DNA of 64,000 nucleotides from Stellaceae bacterium (GCA_035277525.1 DATEKH010000147.1:12795-76794); one strand, 5' to 3'; shown: positions 29,450 through 41,789, counted from the first letter of the stretch. Made by a program: numbers and translations. Notes: generated by a model from the sequence alone, not told the origin.

Positions 29450-30070
29450 TCAGCTTAGGCCGATCATCACCCGCTTGCGATACGCCGGGCGTTCGGCCAA
29501 GCATTTGTACCAGTCTTCGAGATGGCCGAACGCGGCGCGCTCGATCGGCAGTTCGTAAAAGCGATAGGTCAGGATGCCGACCGGAATGTCGCCGATCGAG
29601 AAGGCGCTGCCGCCGAGATAGGGCGTCTCGCCGAGATAGCGGTCGAGAATGGCCATCACCTGATTGGTCCGGGCCACGGACTCGGCGATCTTCTTGGCGT
29701 CGCGCTGCTCGGGCTTCATGCGCACGAGCTGGGCGAAGGCGGGCGTGAGTGCCGGCACCAGGGTGGTCAGGGCCCAATCGAGCCAGCGGTCGCCATGGGC
29801 GCGGTCGTGGGGGGCGGCGGGCAGAAGACGCTGACCGGGATCCTTGGCGGCGAGGTAGCGCAGGATCGAATTTGATTCCCATAGGACGAAATCATCCTCG
29901 ATCAGGGTCGGCACCAACTCGTTCGGATTGAGCTTGCGATAGTCGGGCGTGTGGTTGCCGCCATGGTCGAGGCCGTAGAGCTCGAGCGTGAACGGCGTGC
30001 CCAGCTCGTCGAGAAGCCACAGCACCTTTTGCGTGTTGTAGGAATTGGGCCGCCCCAGAATTCGCAGCAT
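29450..30070 (-). CDS. Glutathione S-transferase family protein
   Basis: 206 aa. N-terminal MLRILGRPNSYNTQKVLWLLDELG and LNPNELVPTL.DD.FVLWESN.ILRYLA. Confidence 0.85.
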   Translation of the reverse strand: MLRILGRPNSYNTQKVLWLLDELGTPFTLELYGLDHGGNHTPDYRKLNPNELVPTLIEDDFVLWESNSILRYLAAKDPGQRLLPAAPHDRAHGDRWLDWALTTLVPALTPAFAQLVRMKPEQRDAKKIAESVARTNQVMAILDRYLGETPYLGGSAFSIGDIPVGILTYRFYELPIERAAFGHLEDWYKCLAERPAYRKRVMIGLS

Positions 30071-30141
30071 CGCCGCCTCCCGATCGCTGTCGCAAGATCA
30101 TGGCGCCGAAGGGCGCCCTGTCAACCCGAGCGAGGGCGCGC

Positions 30142-31317
30142 TCAGGGCGTGGCAGCGGGCGCGGCGGCGGCTTGCTGTGGCGCAGCTGGCGGAGCGGCGG
30201 GTTGCTGTGGCGCGGCTGGCGGAGCGGCGGCTTGCGGTTGCGGTGGTGCGGCCGCGTGCGTTACGGCAGCTTGCGGGGCTGCGCCCGGTTGCGGCGGCGT
30301 CGTTGCCGGCGAAACGCTCGCCGCTGCCGGTGCCGCGGCGCTCGCGGCCGGCGATGGGCTCGCTGCCGCTGCCGCGCCGGCGAGCCGATCGGCATTTTCG
30401 CGTAAGAGAACGATGCTGATGCGGCGATTGTGCGGCGCGGCGGGATCGGTCTTGTCGAGCGGCTCGGTATCGGCGACGCCGACGACGCGCTCGATGCGCT
30501 GGGGCGCAAGCCCGTCGGCCAAGAACTCGCGCCGGCTCGCATTGGCGCGATCAGCCGAAAGCTCCCAATTGCCATATTTCGCGCTGAAAGCGTATTGCGT
30601 CGAGTCCGTGTGCCCGGTGATCGAGATCTTGTTCGGCAGTTTCATGATCACCTGGGTGATGAGCGACATCAGCTTCCTGGCCGGGTCGAGCATCTCGGCC
30701 GAGCCCAGCGGGAACATCGGCGTCTTGTCCTGATCGACGATCTGGATGCGCAAGCCCTCGGGCGTCTCGTCGATCATCAGATTGTTGGCGAGCGCGCGCA
30801 GATCGGGCACTTCCTTGACGGCTTGGAGCAGGGCGGCTTTCGCCTGCTCGAAGCGCTTTTGCTCGCTCTCGGCGAGCTGCTTTTGCAGCTCCTCGACCGT
30901 GAGCTTCTTCGGCTGCTCCGTCGGCGTCGGCGGCGCGCTATCGTCGTTCTGATCGCTGCTCGGGCTGCCGTTATTGTCGTCGTCGCTCTCGGCCTGGCCC
31001 GCGGCGGAGCGGCTCATGTCGAAATTGGGCACCGACATCGCGACGGATTCGCTGCCGGGCGTGCCGACCGTTTGGCCGCCGAGCACGCCGCCCGAGCCGC
31101 TGTTCGATTTCGACGCCAGCGTCGGATCGAAATAGTCGGCGATGCCGCGCTTTTGCACGTCGGTGGTGACGTTGAGCAGCCAGAGCAGCAGAAAGAACGC
31201 CATCATCGCGGTGACGAAATCGGCATAGGCGACTTTCCACGCGCCGCCGTGATGGCCGGCATGGCCGCCCTTCTTCACTTTCTTGACGATGATGGTGCCG
31301 GTCTGATTCTTGGCCAT
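30142..31317 (-). CDS. motB: Flagellar motor stator protein MotB (OmpA-like peptidoglycan-binding domain) with a Pro/Ala/Gln-rich C-terminal tail
   Basis: N-terminal HGGAWKVAYADFVTAMMAFFLLLWL plug/TM region. OmpA-like ITGHTDS....NWELSADRA......L. Immediately downstream of motA. Confidence 0.85.
   Translation of the reverse strand: MAKNQTGTIIVKKVKKGGHAGHHGGAWKVAYADFVTAMMAFFLLLWLLNVTTDVQKRGIADYFDPTLASKSNSGSGGVLGGQTVGTPGSESVAMSVPNFDMSRSAAGQAESDDDNNGSPSSDQNDDSAPPTPTEQPKKLTVEELQKQLAESEQKRFEQAKAALLQAVKEVPDLRALANNLMIDETPEGLRIQIVDQDKTPMFPLGSAEMLDPARKLMSLITQVIMKLPNKISITGHTDSTQYAFSAKYGNWELSADRANASRREFLADGLAPQRIERVVGVADTEPLDKTDPAAPHNRRISIVLLRENADRLAGAAAAASPSPAASAAAPAAASVSPATTPPQPGAAPQAAVTHAAAPPQPQAAAPPAAPQQPAAPPAAPQQAAAAPAATP
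30171..30246. repeat. Imperfect 30-bp tandem repeat (about 2.5 copies) inside the motB 3' end
   Basis: 30171-30200 (cttgctgtggcgcagctggcggagcggcgg) matches 30201-30230 (gttgctgtggcgcggctggcggagcggcgg) at 28/30. A partial third copy follows. On the coding strand it encodes PAAPPAAPQQ repeats. Confidence 0.6.
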
Positions 31318-31319
31318 GG

Positions 31320-32183
31320 CTAGGCCGCCGCGGGCAGACTCTCGACCGCCTCTTCAACCTCGTAGAAGGTCGGACGCACATCGGTGTTGAGCGCCTTGCG
31401 CGCGAACTCGACCGCGACCGAGGGCGCATAGCCTTGCATATAGGCGAGGATCGCCGCCTTCATGCAGAGGAAATAGCGCTCCTCCGCGTCGCCGCGCGCG
31501 CGCACCGCGGCGGCGATCGGTCCGACGAAGCCGTAGGACAAGAGCACGCCCATGAAGGTGCCGACGAGCGCACCGCCGATCAGATGACCCAGCACCGCGG
31601 GCGGCTCGGTGATCGAGCCCATGGTGTGGATGACGCCCAGCACCGCGGCGACGATGCCGAGCGCGGGCATGCCGTCGGCGGTGGTCGCGATCGCGCTCGA
31701 GACCGCGTGATGCTCGGCGCGGTGCGTCTCGAGATCCTCGTCCATCAAGGTTTCCATCTCGTGATGGTTGTCGGTCCCGAGGGTCAGGAGACGCAGATAG
31801 TCACAGAAAAAGGTGACCGCGTGCTCGTCGCCGAGGAAGCTCGGAAAACGCTGGAAGAGCGAGCTGTCATGCGGATGCTCGACATGCTGCTCGAGGACGA
31901 GCGCGCCCTTGGACTTGGCGAGCTTGAACACCGAATAAAGCATGGTGAGCAGCTCGAGATAGGCGGCCTTGTCGTATTTGTCGCCTTTCAGCAATGCCGG
32001 CAGCGCCTTGCCGGCGGCGGACAGCACCGGCTTGCGGTTCGAGATGACGAAAGCGCCAGCGGCCGCGCCGACAATGATCATCACTTCGAAGGGCTGAAAC
32101 AGCACCTCCAAGTGGCCGCCATTGGCGACATAGCCGCCGATGACGCTGGCGATGACAATCACCGCACCAATGATCGTAAACAT
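31320..32183 (-). CDS. motA: Flagellar motor stator protein MotA
   Basis: 287 aa. MotA/TolQ/ExbB channel-family sequence with the typical cytoplasmic loop and C-terminal TM pair. Followed by motB. Confidence 0.9.
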   Translation of the reverse strand: MFTIIGAVIVIASVIGGYVANGGHLEVLFQPFEVMIIVGAAAGAFVISNRKPVLSAAGKALPALLKGDKYDKAAYLELLTMLYSVFKLAKSKGALVLEQHVEHPHDSSLFQRFPSFLGDEHAVTFFCDYLRLLTLGTDNHHEMETLMDEDLETHRAEHHAVSSAIATTADGMPALGIVAAVLGVIHTMGSITEPPAVLGHLIGGALVGTFMGVLLSYGFVGPIAAAVRARGDAEERYFLCMKAAILAYMQGYAPSVAVEFARKALNTDVRPTFYEVEEAVESLPAAA

Positions 32184-32233
32184 GGGTTGAATGGACCTTC
32201 CGCAACCGCTCTAAGGTGCGGCATGCGTGTTAA

Positions 32234-34209
<1,976 letters not shown>

Positions 34210-34217
<8 letters not shown>

Positions 34218-35052
34218 GGAGGAAATCGCGGATGGCGGCGATCTGATCGTCGTCCAGCAGGGCCGGCGCATGGCCGATACCGGCGAACTCGATGAGCTTG
34301 GCGCGCGGGCCGCGCTGGGTCATGGCCTCGGCGTCGGCGCGGCGCAGAATATCCGATTGCGCGCCGCGTAGGACGAGGACCGGGCAGGTGATTTTGTCCC
34401 ACTCCGCCCAGAGGTCGAGATCGGCGCCAGCGATTTTGCGGAACGGCGCGGCGATCTTTGGATCGTAGTTGAAGCCGAGGCTGCCATCCGGCTTGTGTCG
34501 CGCCGATTGCATCGCCATCGCGCGCCATTGCTGGTCGCTCAAAGGCCCAAAGGGCGCGTGGATGAAGCGCAAAGCCGCCTCGAACGCGTCGAGATCGGCA
34601 AAGCTCGGATCGAGCCCGACATAATCGGCGATGCGCTGCAAGCCGTCTTTGGGAATGACCGGCCCGATATCGTTCATGACGAGGCGGCGGATCGGCGCGC
34701 GCGGCAGCGCCGCCATCAGCATGCCGATATTCCCACCCATCGAGGTCCCGACCCAATCGACGGTTTCGACATCGAGCCGCGCGATGAGCGCGGCCATGTC
34801 GGAAAGATAAAGCGGCGCGTCGTAATCCGCCGCATCGTCGAGCCAGGCGCTGCGGCCGCGGCCCGGCATATCGGGGCAGATCACGCGATAATGCGCGGCG
34901 AGCGCCGCGGCGAAAGTGTCGAAATCGCGCGCATTGCGTGTCAGCCCGTGGACGCAAATGAGCGTCGGCGCAAATTTCGGTCCCTCCCATTCGCAATAGG
35001 CGAGGCGATGGAAGCCATGCGGGCCGAGACAGTTGAGCGTGCGCTCGATCAT
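34210..35052 (-). CDS. Alpha/beta hydrolase fold protein
   Basis: 280 aa. HGLTRNARDFD and nucleophile elbow GTSMGG. C-terminal GHAP. Confidence 0.8.
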
Positions 35053-35149
35053 GACGCGACCATCGCCCAGGCCGCGCCTCGGATCAAGCGTTGCCGGCCC
35101 AGGCGCTCTCGGCTAAGACGGGACCGGACTTCGAAGGAGATGCAGTACC

Positions 35150-36301
35150 ATGCCGATGCGCGGCCCGCTTTCCGGCATCACGGTGGTCGATCTGTCGCGC
35201 ATCCTCGCCGGGCCTTATTGCACGATGCTGATGGCCGAGCTCGGCGCGCGCATCATCAAGGTCGAGCCGCCAGGCAAGGGCGATGATGCGCGCGAATACG
35301 GCCCCTTCATCGAGGGCCGGTCGACCTATTTCGCCTCGATCAATCGCGGCAAGCAATCGATCGCGCTCGATTTGAAGGCGCCGGCCGACAAGCGGATTTT
35401 CGAAAAGCTGCTCGAAAAGGCCGATGTGCTGGTGGAGAATTTCCGGCCCGGCACGATGGAGAAGCTCGGCTATGGCTGGGAAGCGCTTCATCCGCGCTAT
35501 CCGAAGCTCATCTATGCCTGCGCCTCGGGCTTCGGCCATACGGGGCCGAATTCCAAGGATCCCGCCTATGACATGGTGATGCAGGGCATCGGCGGCATGA
35601 TGAGCATTACCGGCTATCCGGGCCAACCGCCGGCGCGCGTCGGCATGTCGATCGGCGATATCGGCGCCGGTCTCTACACCGCCATCGCCGTCAATGCTGC
35701 GCTCGTCCATCGCGCGGCGACGGGCGAGACGACCAAGGTCGATATCGGCATGTTTGACTGCCAGCTCGCGCTGCTCGAGAATGCGGTGATGCGCTACACG
35801 GTCGAGGGCGGGATCCCGGGCCCCTTGGGCGCGCGCCATCCGACCATCACGCCGTTCCAGGCGTTTCGCACCAGGGGCGGCAACATCATCATCGCCGCCG
35901 GCAATGACAGTCTATTCGTGAAGCTCGCGGAAGCGATCGGCAAGCCGGCGCTGGCACGGAATCCCGAGTACAAGACCAACGCGCTGCGCTTGAAGCATCA
36001 ACAGAAGCTGCAGGACGAGATCGAGGCGATCTTAGCGGCGCGGCCGACAGCCGAATGGATCGCGATCCTTGCCCAGGCGGGCGTGCCCTGCGGCCCGATC
36101 AACAACATCGCGCAAGCGCTCGCCCATCCTCAGGTCGCTGCGCGCAACATGCTGATCACGGTCGCCGATCCAAGCGGCGCGACGCTGAGGCTCGCCGGCA
36201 ATCCGCTCAAAATGTCGGCCTTCCCCGATCCGCCGACGCGCGACCCGGCGCCCGATCTCGATGGCGACCGCGCCGCGATTCTCGAAGAACTGGACCTCTG
36301 A
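35150..36301 (+). CDS. Family III CoA-transferase (CaiB/BaiF family)
   Basis: GPL.GI.V.DLSR.LAGPYCTM.LA.LGA..IKVE and ENFRPG motifs. Confidence 0.88.
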   Translation: MPMRGPLSGITVVDLSRILAGPYCTMLMAELGARIIKVEPPGKGDDAREYGPFIEGRSTYFASINRGKQSIALDLKAPADKRIFEKLLEKADVLVENFRPGTMEKLGYGWEALHPRYPKLIYACASGFGHTGPNSKDPAYDMVMQGIGGMMSITGYPGQPPARVGMSIGDIGAGLYTAIAVNAALVHRAATGETTKVDIGMFDCQLALLENAVMRYTVEGGIPGPLGARHPTITPFQAFRTRGGNIIIAAGNDSLFVKLAEAIGKPALARNPEYKTNALRLKHQQKLQDEIEAILAARPTAEWIAILAQAGVPCGPINNIAQALAHPQVAARNMLITVADPSGATLRLAGNPLKMSAFPDPPTRDPAPDLDGDRAAILEELDL

Positions 36302-36314
36302 GCCGATACGCCGC

Positions 36315-38480
36315 ATGGGTCGATTGCTCGCACTTTGCTTCGCCGTCTGCCTGATTGCGGGCGCGAGGGGGGCAAGCGCGCAGCAGGACCTGTCGCCCGA
36401 GCAGCGCGCGGATCGGCTGGTGCGCGCCATGACGCTCGACGAGAAGATTCAGCTCGTCCACACCAGGATCGGGCACCGCGATCCGGCAAACCCGCCACCC
36501 CAGGGACCCAACGACGATGTCGGCTATGTCGCGCCGATTCCGCGGCTCGGCGTGCCGGCGCTGCATATCGATGACGGCAGCCTCGGCGTCGCCAATGCGT
36601 GGAATGCGCGCAATGGCGACGAGGCGACGGCGCTGCCTTCGGGTCTCGCGCTCGCCTCGAGCTGGGACCCGGCGCTTGCCTTCGAGGCCGGCGCGATGGC
36701 GGGCGACGAGGCGCGGCGCAAGGGTTTCAACGTGCTTCTGGCCGGGAGCGTCAACCTCGTGCGCGATCCGCATGACGGCCGCGCCTATGAATATGCCGGC
36801 GAGGATCCGCTCCTCGCCGGCACCATCGTCGGCGCGACCATTCGCGGCATCCAATCGCAGCACGTGGTCTCGACCGTCAAGCATTTCGCGCTCAATGATT
36901 GGGAGACCGGGCGCTGGAGCATCAGCGGCGATATCAGCGCGGCGGCTTTGCGCGAGTCCGATCTGCTGGCATTCCAGATCGCGATCGAGCGCGGCGATCC
37001 CGGCGCAGTGATGTGCGCCTACAACAAGGTCAACGGCGTCTATTCCTGCGAGAATCGCTTCCTTCTCGATCGGGTGCTGCGCCGTGACTGGCACTATCGC
37101 GGCTGGGTGATGTCGGATTGGGGCGCCGTGCACAGCACCGTGAAGAGCATCAAGGCCGGGCTCGATCAGGAATCGGGCGACGGCTATGACGAGGAAGTCT
37201 ATTACGGCCGGCCGCTCAAACAGGCGGTCGAGCGCGGCGAAGTGTCGATGGCGCGTCTCGATCAGATGGTGCGCCGGATTTTGCGCAGCCTGTTCGCGGT
37301 CGAGGCGCTCGACCATCGCTCCGGAACCGAGCCGATCGACTACGCCGCGCATGCGGCGACGGCTGAGCGCGTCGCCGAGCAGGGAGCCGTCCTGCTGAAG
37401 AACGCCGAGGATGTGCTTCCTCTCGCCCATGACGCGAAAAGCATCGCGATTATCGGCTCGCATGCCGATATCGGCGTGCTCACGGGCGGCGGCTCGTCGC
37501 AAGTCCGGCCGGTCGGCGGCCCGGCGCTGATCGTCCCGCCGGCGAAAGGCTCGCCCAAAGGCGCGCCGCAAATGGTCTGGATCCGCTCGTCGCCGCTGGC
37601 TGCGATCGAGCAGCAGGCGCCGCAGGCCCAGATCGATTACGCCGATGGCTCGGATGTCGCCAAGGCTGTCGCACTGGCAGCGCGTGCGCAAGTCGCGATC
37701 GTCTTCGCGCATCAATGGGTGAGCGAGGGCTGGGACGTTCCCGATCTCTCGCTTCCCGACGATCAGGATCGTCTCATCGCGGCGGTGGCCGCGGCCAACA
37801 AGCGGACGATCGTCGTGCTCGAGACCGGCGGGCCGGTGCTCATGCCGTGGATCGATCGCGTCGCGGCGGTGATGGAAGCGTGGTTCCCCGGTCAGCGCGG
37901 CGGCGAGGCGATTGCGCGGCTGCTGTTCGGCGCGGCGGAGCCCGCGGGCCGGCTACCCGTGACCTTTCCGCGCAGCGAGGCGCAATTGCCGCCGAGCGCG
38001 CGAGGCGCCGCGTTCCGCCAGGGCGAGGGCCGGGTCGAATTCACCGAAGGCGCCGATGTCGGCTATCGCTGGTACGACAAGACCAAGGCCAAGCCGCTCT
38101 TCCCCTTTGGCTGGGGCCTCGCTTACACGACCTTTTCCTATTCAGGGCTCGACCTGCCGCGCCGCGCCGTGCGCGGCGCGCCGCTCAGCGCGCGCGTCAC
38201 CGTGCGCAACACCGGCGCGCGCGCCGGAACCGATATCGTGCAGCTTTATGTTAGCCTGCCCGAGGCCCAGGGCCATCCGCCCCGCCGCCTTGCCGCCTGG
38301 CAGAGAATCTCGCTCGCTCCTGGCGAGGCGAAGACGGTCGTCCTTACGCTCGATCCGCATGTGCTCAAACGCTGGGATGCCCACGCCGAGGCGTGGCGCA
38401 TTCCGGCGGGCGAGTATCGCGTCGATGTCGGCGCCTCGTCCGAGGATGATCGGCTCAGCGCGACAGTCGCCATGCGCTGA
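36315..38480 (+). CDS. Glycoside hydrolase family 3 beta-glucosidase, secreted
   Basis: Signal peptide MGRLLALCFAVCLIAGARGASA. GH3 motifs KHFALND and GWVMSDWGA. C-terminal fibronectin-like domain. Confidence 0.9.
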   Translation: MGRLLALCFAVCLIAGARGASAQQDLSPEQRADRLVRAMTLDEKIQLVHTRIGHRDPANPPPQGPNDDVGYVAPIPRLGVPALHIDDGSLGVANAWNARNGDEATALPSGLALASSWDPALAFEAGAMAGDEARRKGFNVLLAGSVNLVRDPHDGRAYEYAGEDPLLAGTIVGATIRGIQSQHVVSTVKHFALNDWETGRWSISGDISAAALRESDLLAFQIAIERGDPGAVMCAYNKVNGVYSCENRFLLDRVLRRDWHYRGWVMSDWGAVHSTVKSIKAGLDQESGDGYDEEVYYGRPLKQAVERGEVSMARLDQMVRRILRSLFAVEALDHRSGTEPIDYAAHAATAERVAEQGAVLLKNAEDVLPLAHDAKSIAIIGSHADIGVLTGGGSSQVRPVGGPALIVPPAKGSPKGAPQMVWIRSSPLAAIEQQAPQAQIDYADGSDVAKAVALAARAQVAIVFAHQWVSEGWDVPDLSLPDDQDRLIAAVAAANKRTIVVLETGGPVLMPWIDRVAAVMEAWFPGQRGGEAIARLLFGAAEPAGRLPVTFPRSEAQLPPSARGAAFRQGEGRVEFTEGADVGYRWYDKTKAKPLFPFGWGLAYTTFSYSGLDLPRRAVRGAPLSARVTVRNTGARAGTDIVQLYVSLPEAQGHPPRRLAAWQRISLAPGEAKTVVLTLDPHVLKRWDAHAEAWRIPAGEYRVDVGASSEDDRLSATVAMR

Positions 38481-38495
38481 GGCGCGGCGCCCGCG

Positions 38496-39695
38496 TCAGG
38501 GCGAGAGCGGCACGCCGGTCGCCTTGCTCACCACTCGCCAATTCTTGGCGGCGGCATCCCAGCGCGTGACCACGGCATTGGAGACGTTGAGACCCCGTTG
38601 CGGCTCGCGCTGGAAATCGTAGATGCCGTTGATGCCGGCGAAGCCCTTGAGGCTGCCGAGGCGGTCGCGGATTTGCCGCGCGCTCGCGTTGATGCCGAGC
38701 TGCTTCAACACATCGACGAGGATCAAGGCGGGGTCCCAGGCGAGCTCGGAGGCGATGTCGGGCTGGAGGCCGGCAGACTTGAAGGCGGCGTAGAACGCCT
38801 TCTGCCGCGCCGCGACCGCCGGCTCCATCGGGAATTTGGGATCATTCGCCACGACCCATTCCGCGGCCGGGAAGTAGAGCTGCTTGGGCAGGAAGGCTTC
38901 GTATTGCGTCATCTGCGCGCGCGTCATATTGCCGTCGGTCGTCGCCGTGGGCACGTCGAGCCCGGCCTGGATCATGCCGCGAAAGATCGTCGCGATCGCC
39001 GCGCCGGTGCTCCAGGCGATAAAAGCCTGCGGGTTCGCCGCTTTCACGTTCTCGAGCTGCGCCGAGACATTGACGTCGGTGGTGGCGAAATGCGCGGTCT
39101 CGACGATCTTCATCGCCTTGTTCTCGGGCAAATCGAGCACCGACTTGATGCCGCGCTCGGCGTCCTGGCCCGAAGCATCGGTGCTGAACATCAGCGCGAT
39201 GCGGGTCCAGCCTTTAAGGCGGAAATAGCGGATGAGCGCGTTGGCAAGGTCGAGGGTTGAGACGCTCGAGGTGAAGGTGTAGCTGCCCTTGGCGGGATGA
39301 ACGCCCGGCGAGAGGCAGTACTGCACCGGACCATTGGCGGCAACGAGCGGCGCCATCGCGCTGCACATGGCGACGATCGACGAGCCGATCATCACCGCGG
39401 GGTGGCTCACCATGACCTGGTTGGTCAATTGCACCGCGGTTTGGGGGCTAGTCTGATCGTCGTGGAAGACGAAATGCAGCTGGGTACCGTTGATCCCGCC
39501 CGCTTCGTTCGCGGTCTTTTCCGCGAGCTGCAAAGATTGCTGCTCGCCATGCCCGAGGAACGAGCCGCCGCCCGTGAGCGGCATGACGACTTGGATGTCG
39601 TAGCTGCCCGCCGCGCGCGATTGAGGTGCGCCCGCCAACAGCGCGAGCATTCCCGCAGCGGTGGCAAGGCCAAGCGAAGGTCCCCGGGTCGTCAT
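38496..39695 (-). CDS. ABC transporter substrate-binding protein (Leu/Ile/Val-binding, type 1 PBP family)
   Basis: 399 aa with a signal peptide and LivK-like fold sequence. No adjacent permease genes. Confidence 0.85.
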   Translation of the reverse strand: MTTRGPSLGLATAAGMLALLAGAPQSRAAGSYDIQVVMPLTGGGSFLGHGEQQSLQLAEKTANEAGGINGTQLHFVFHDDQTSPQTAVQLTNQVMVSHPAVMIGSSIVAMCSAMAPLVAANGPVQYCLSPGVHPAKGSYTFTSSVSTLDLANALIRYFRLKGWTRIALMFSTDASGQDAERGIKSVLDLPENKAMKIVETAHFATTDVNVSAQLENVKAANPQAFIAWSTGAAIATIFRGMIQAGLDVPTATTDGNMTRAQMTQYEAFLPKQLYFPAAEWVVANDPKFPMEPAVAARQKAFYAAFKSAGLQPDIASELAWDPALILVDVLKQLGINASARQIRDRLGSLKGFAGINGIYDFQREPQRGLNVSNAVVTRWDAAAKNWRVVSKATGVPLSP

Positions 39696-39808
39696 GATCG
39701 TTCTCCCTCCCGACTCACTTCCTTACCCGCGGCGGCGCCCAAGGGCACAACCGCGGGCGAGGTGCAATTCCTTTGAAATCGAATTATTTGCGGTCATGTC
39801 CGGGGCTG

Positions 39809-41017
39809 TCAAGTGCGGCGCTGCGGCGTTTCGCCCGCGATCCCGGTTTGATGACGCAGCGTGATCTCACGGCCCTCGCGTGCCGAGTCAAGCATGGCGA
39901 GGCACACCTCCATGGTGGCGAGCCCCCAGGCGCCGCCATGCACCGGTTCGCGCGCGGCAAAGATCGCATCGCAGAGCTCGTCGAGCACGGCGCCGCGAGC
40001 CGGCGCGGGCGGCGGAACCGGTTCGAGCCGCGCCGCCTCGTCGTCATAGATCATCACGCCTTTGGGCGTCGGCCGCAGATCGGCGCGCTCGCACGACGCG
40101 ACCACGACGCCGAAATGCGGATTGAAGCGCTCTTGCGGCGCCGTTGGCGCAGGTGCCGCGCGGGGCCCGCCATAGTTCCGCGCATGCTTGAGGTCGCGCT
40201 CGGCATCGCTCGAGAGGCCGGCGAGAAGCCGCCGCGCCGCGCCATAAGCCTCCGATTTGGGAGCGCCGTTCTCGCCGATATTGTCGCACCATTCGTCGCT
40301 GTCGAAATGCGCAAAGCCGCTATAGGTGAGGCTTGCGAAGGCTCCATCCTCAAAGGTGAGAAAAGCGCTGTAGGCGCCCTCGGTTGGCCGGTCCCGATCC
40401 CATGAGCCGGCCGCGGCACGTACGCTGCGCACGCGCCCGCCGCCGAGCAGCCGGATGATGTCCACCTGATGCGGCGCCTGGTTGAAGATCACGCCGCCGC
40501 CCAGGGCGGTGACCAGCTCTTCCCGGCGCCGCGGCCGGTAGAGGAAGTCGGTGAAATTGAGCGCGGTGATCATGCGCAGCGCGCCAACCTCGCCGCTCGC
40601 GATGATCGCCCGCGCGCGACGAATGGGTTCATCGAAGCTGTGGCTGTGCCCGACGACGAGCCGCACCCCGGCGCGGCTTGCGGCCTCGACCATCGCGGCG
40701 CAATCGGCGAGGCCGAGCGCCATCGGCTTTTCGACCAGGATGTGCTTGCCGTTCTGCGCGGCGAGTTGCGCATGTGGCGCGTGCAACTGGTGCGGCGTTG
40801 CGACGTAAACGGCCTCGACGTTGCCGTCGCGGCACAGCGCCTCGACGCTGTCATAGGCCGGCGCCGCGAATTCGCTGCTGAAGCGGGCGCGTGCCTCGGG
40901 CCGCGGATCGGCCGCAGCCGCGAGCCGGACGCGCGGATGGCCGCGAAACGCCGGCAGCATGAATTGAAAGGCGCGTCCAAGCCCGGCCGCGCCCAGCTGC
41001 AATCGTCGCTCGCTCAT
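39809..41017 (-). CDS. Gfo/Idh/MocA-family oxidoreductase (resembles phthalate cis-dihydrodiol dehydrogenases)
   Basis: Start at ATG 41017 (MSERRLQLGAAGLGRAF..). Rossmann N-terminus, and the ILVEKPMA motif of the family. Confidence 0.8.
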   Translation of the reverse strand: MSERRLQLGAAGLGRAFQFMLPAFRGHPRVRLAAAADPRPEARARFSSEFAAPAYDSVEALCRDGNVEAVYVATPHQLHAPHAQLAAQNGKHILVEKPMALGLADCAAMVEAASRAGVRLVVGHSHSFDEPIRRARAIIASGEVGALRMITALNFTDFLYRPRRREELVTALGGGVIFNQAPHQVDIIRLLGGGRVRSVRAAAGSWDRDRPTEGAYSAFLTFEDGAFASLTYSGFAHFDSDEWCDNIGENGAPKSEAYGAARRLLAGLSSDAERDLKHARNYGGPRAAPAPTAPQERFNPHFGVVVASCERADLRPTPKGVMIYDDEAARLEPVPPPAPARGAVLDELCDAIFAAREPVHGGAWGLATMEVCLAMLDSAREGREITLRHQTGIAGETPQRRT

Positions 41018-41053
41018 CGGCTGCTCTGGCGGCGGGGTTGCAACGCCGCGCTT

Positions 41054-41065
41054 GGCAATATTGTC
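41054..41065. promoter_or_regulatory. Near-palindrome ggcaatattgtc in the divergent Gfo/MarR intergenic region (candidate MarR operator)
   Basis: Perfect 8-bp core caatattg, 10/12 symmetric overall, lying between two divergent starts. Position only, no consensus known to me. Confidence 0.2.
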
Positions 41066-41172
41066 GGCCGCGCGCCGCCGCGACAAGCGGAAAGCTTTCG
41101 CCGCACGGGCTGCGCGGAGGTGACGGCAGACCGGTTCGGCCCTAGCATTGCGCAAGGGGGAGGCAGCGGACG

Positions 41173-41688
41173 ATGGCGCGGCGCGGCAAGCGGAAACCCG
41201 GCGAGACGACGAAGCGGCGCTTCGCCTATCCGGCCGAGCAGAGCGTTGGGCATCAGGTGCGCTGGACCCATCGCGCGCTGCAACGCGAGCTCGAAACCCG
41301 GATCAGGCCGTACGGCATCACCCTTGGCATGTGGGGCTTCTTGCGCGCGCTGTGGGAGGAGGATGGACTCAGCCAGCGCGAGCTCAGCGATCGCGCCGGC
41401 ACCACCGAGCCCACCACCGTCACGGCGCTCCATGCCATGGAAAAGCGCGGCCTCGTGGTGCGCGTCCAGAACGCGGATGATCGCCGCAAGTCGAACATCT
41501 ATCTGACGCAGCCGGCGCGCGCTCTGCGCGCGCTGCTGCTGCCGACGGCGCGCGAGGTCAATCGCACCGCGACCGGGACGATCTCGCGCGCCGACATCGA
41601 GGCGCTCAAACGGATCCTGACCCAAATCCGCGCCAATCTCGCCGCGGCCGGCGCCGCGCGCGGCGCATCCGGCGCCAAGGAAGAGTAA
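41173..41688 (+). CDS. MarR-family transcriptional regulator
   Basis: 171 aa. wHTH region LSQRELSDRAGTTEPTTVTALHAMEKRGLVVRVQNADDRRKSNIYLT. Confidence 0.85.
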   Translation: MARRGKRKPGETTKRRFAYPAEQSVGHQVRWTHRALQRELETRIRPYGITLGMWGFLRALWEEDGLSQRELSDRAGTTEPTTVTALHAMEKRGLVVRVQNADDRRKSNIYLTQPARALRALLLPTAREVNRTATGTISRADIEALKRILTQIRANLAAAGAARGASGAKEE

Positions 41689-41710
41689 GGCAGGGCAGGT
41701 CGCGGGCGGT

Positions 41711-41738
41711 TTCCAATCCTTAGGTTTCGAATTATAAT
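41711..41738 (+). promoter_or_regulatory. Candidate sigma-70-type promoter for the Rieske oxygenase gene
   Basis: ttccaa (41711-41716), a 16-nt spacer, then a perfect tataat (41733-41738), in an AT-rich patch 52 nt upstream of the ATG. Confidence 0.3.
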
Positions 41739-41789
41739 CGGCGCCATGCGCCGCGCAGCGCCAGGCGAAGCCATTGCGGAGAACGACCC

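Noticed and set aside
36258-36277. An exact 20-nt match (tcgatggcgaccgcgccgcg) between 36258-36277 and the reverse complement of 49223-49242, which is the gcdH start region.
   Set aside because: - The identity stops abruptly at both ends, with no flanking similarity.
- Both copies lie in unrelated coding contexts.
- The sequence is GC-rich and low in complexity.

It is most likely chance rather than a repeat element.
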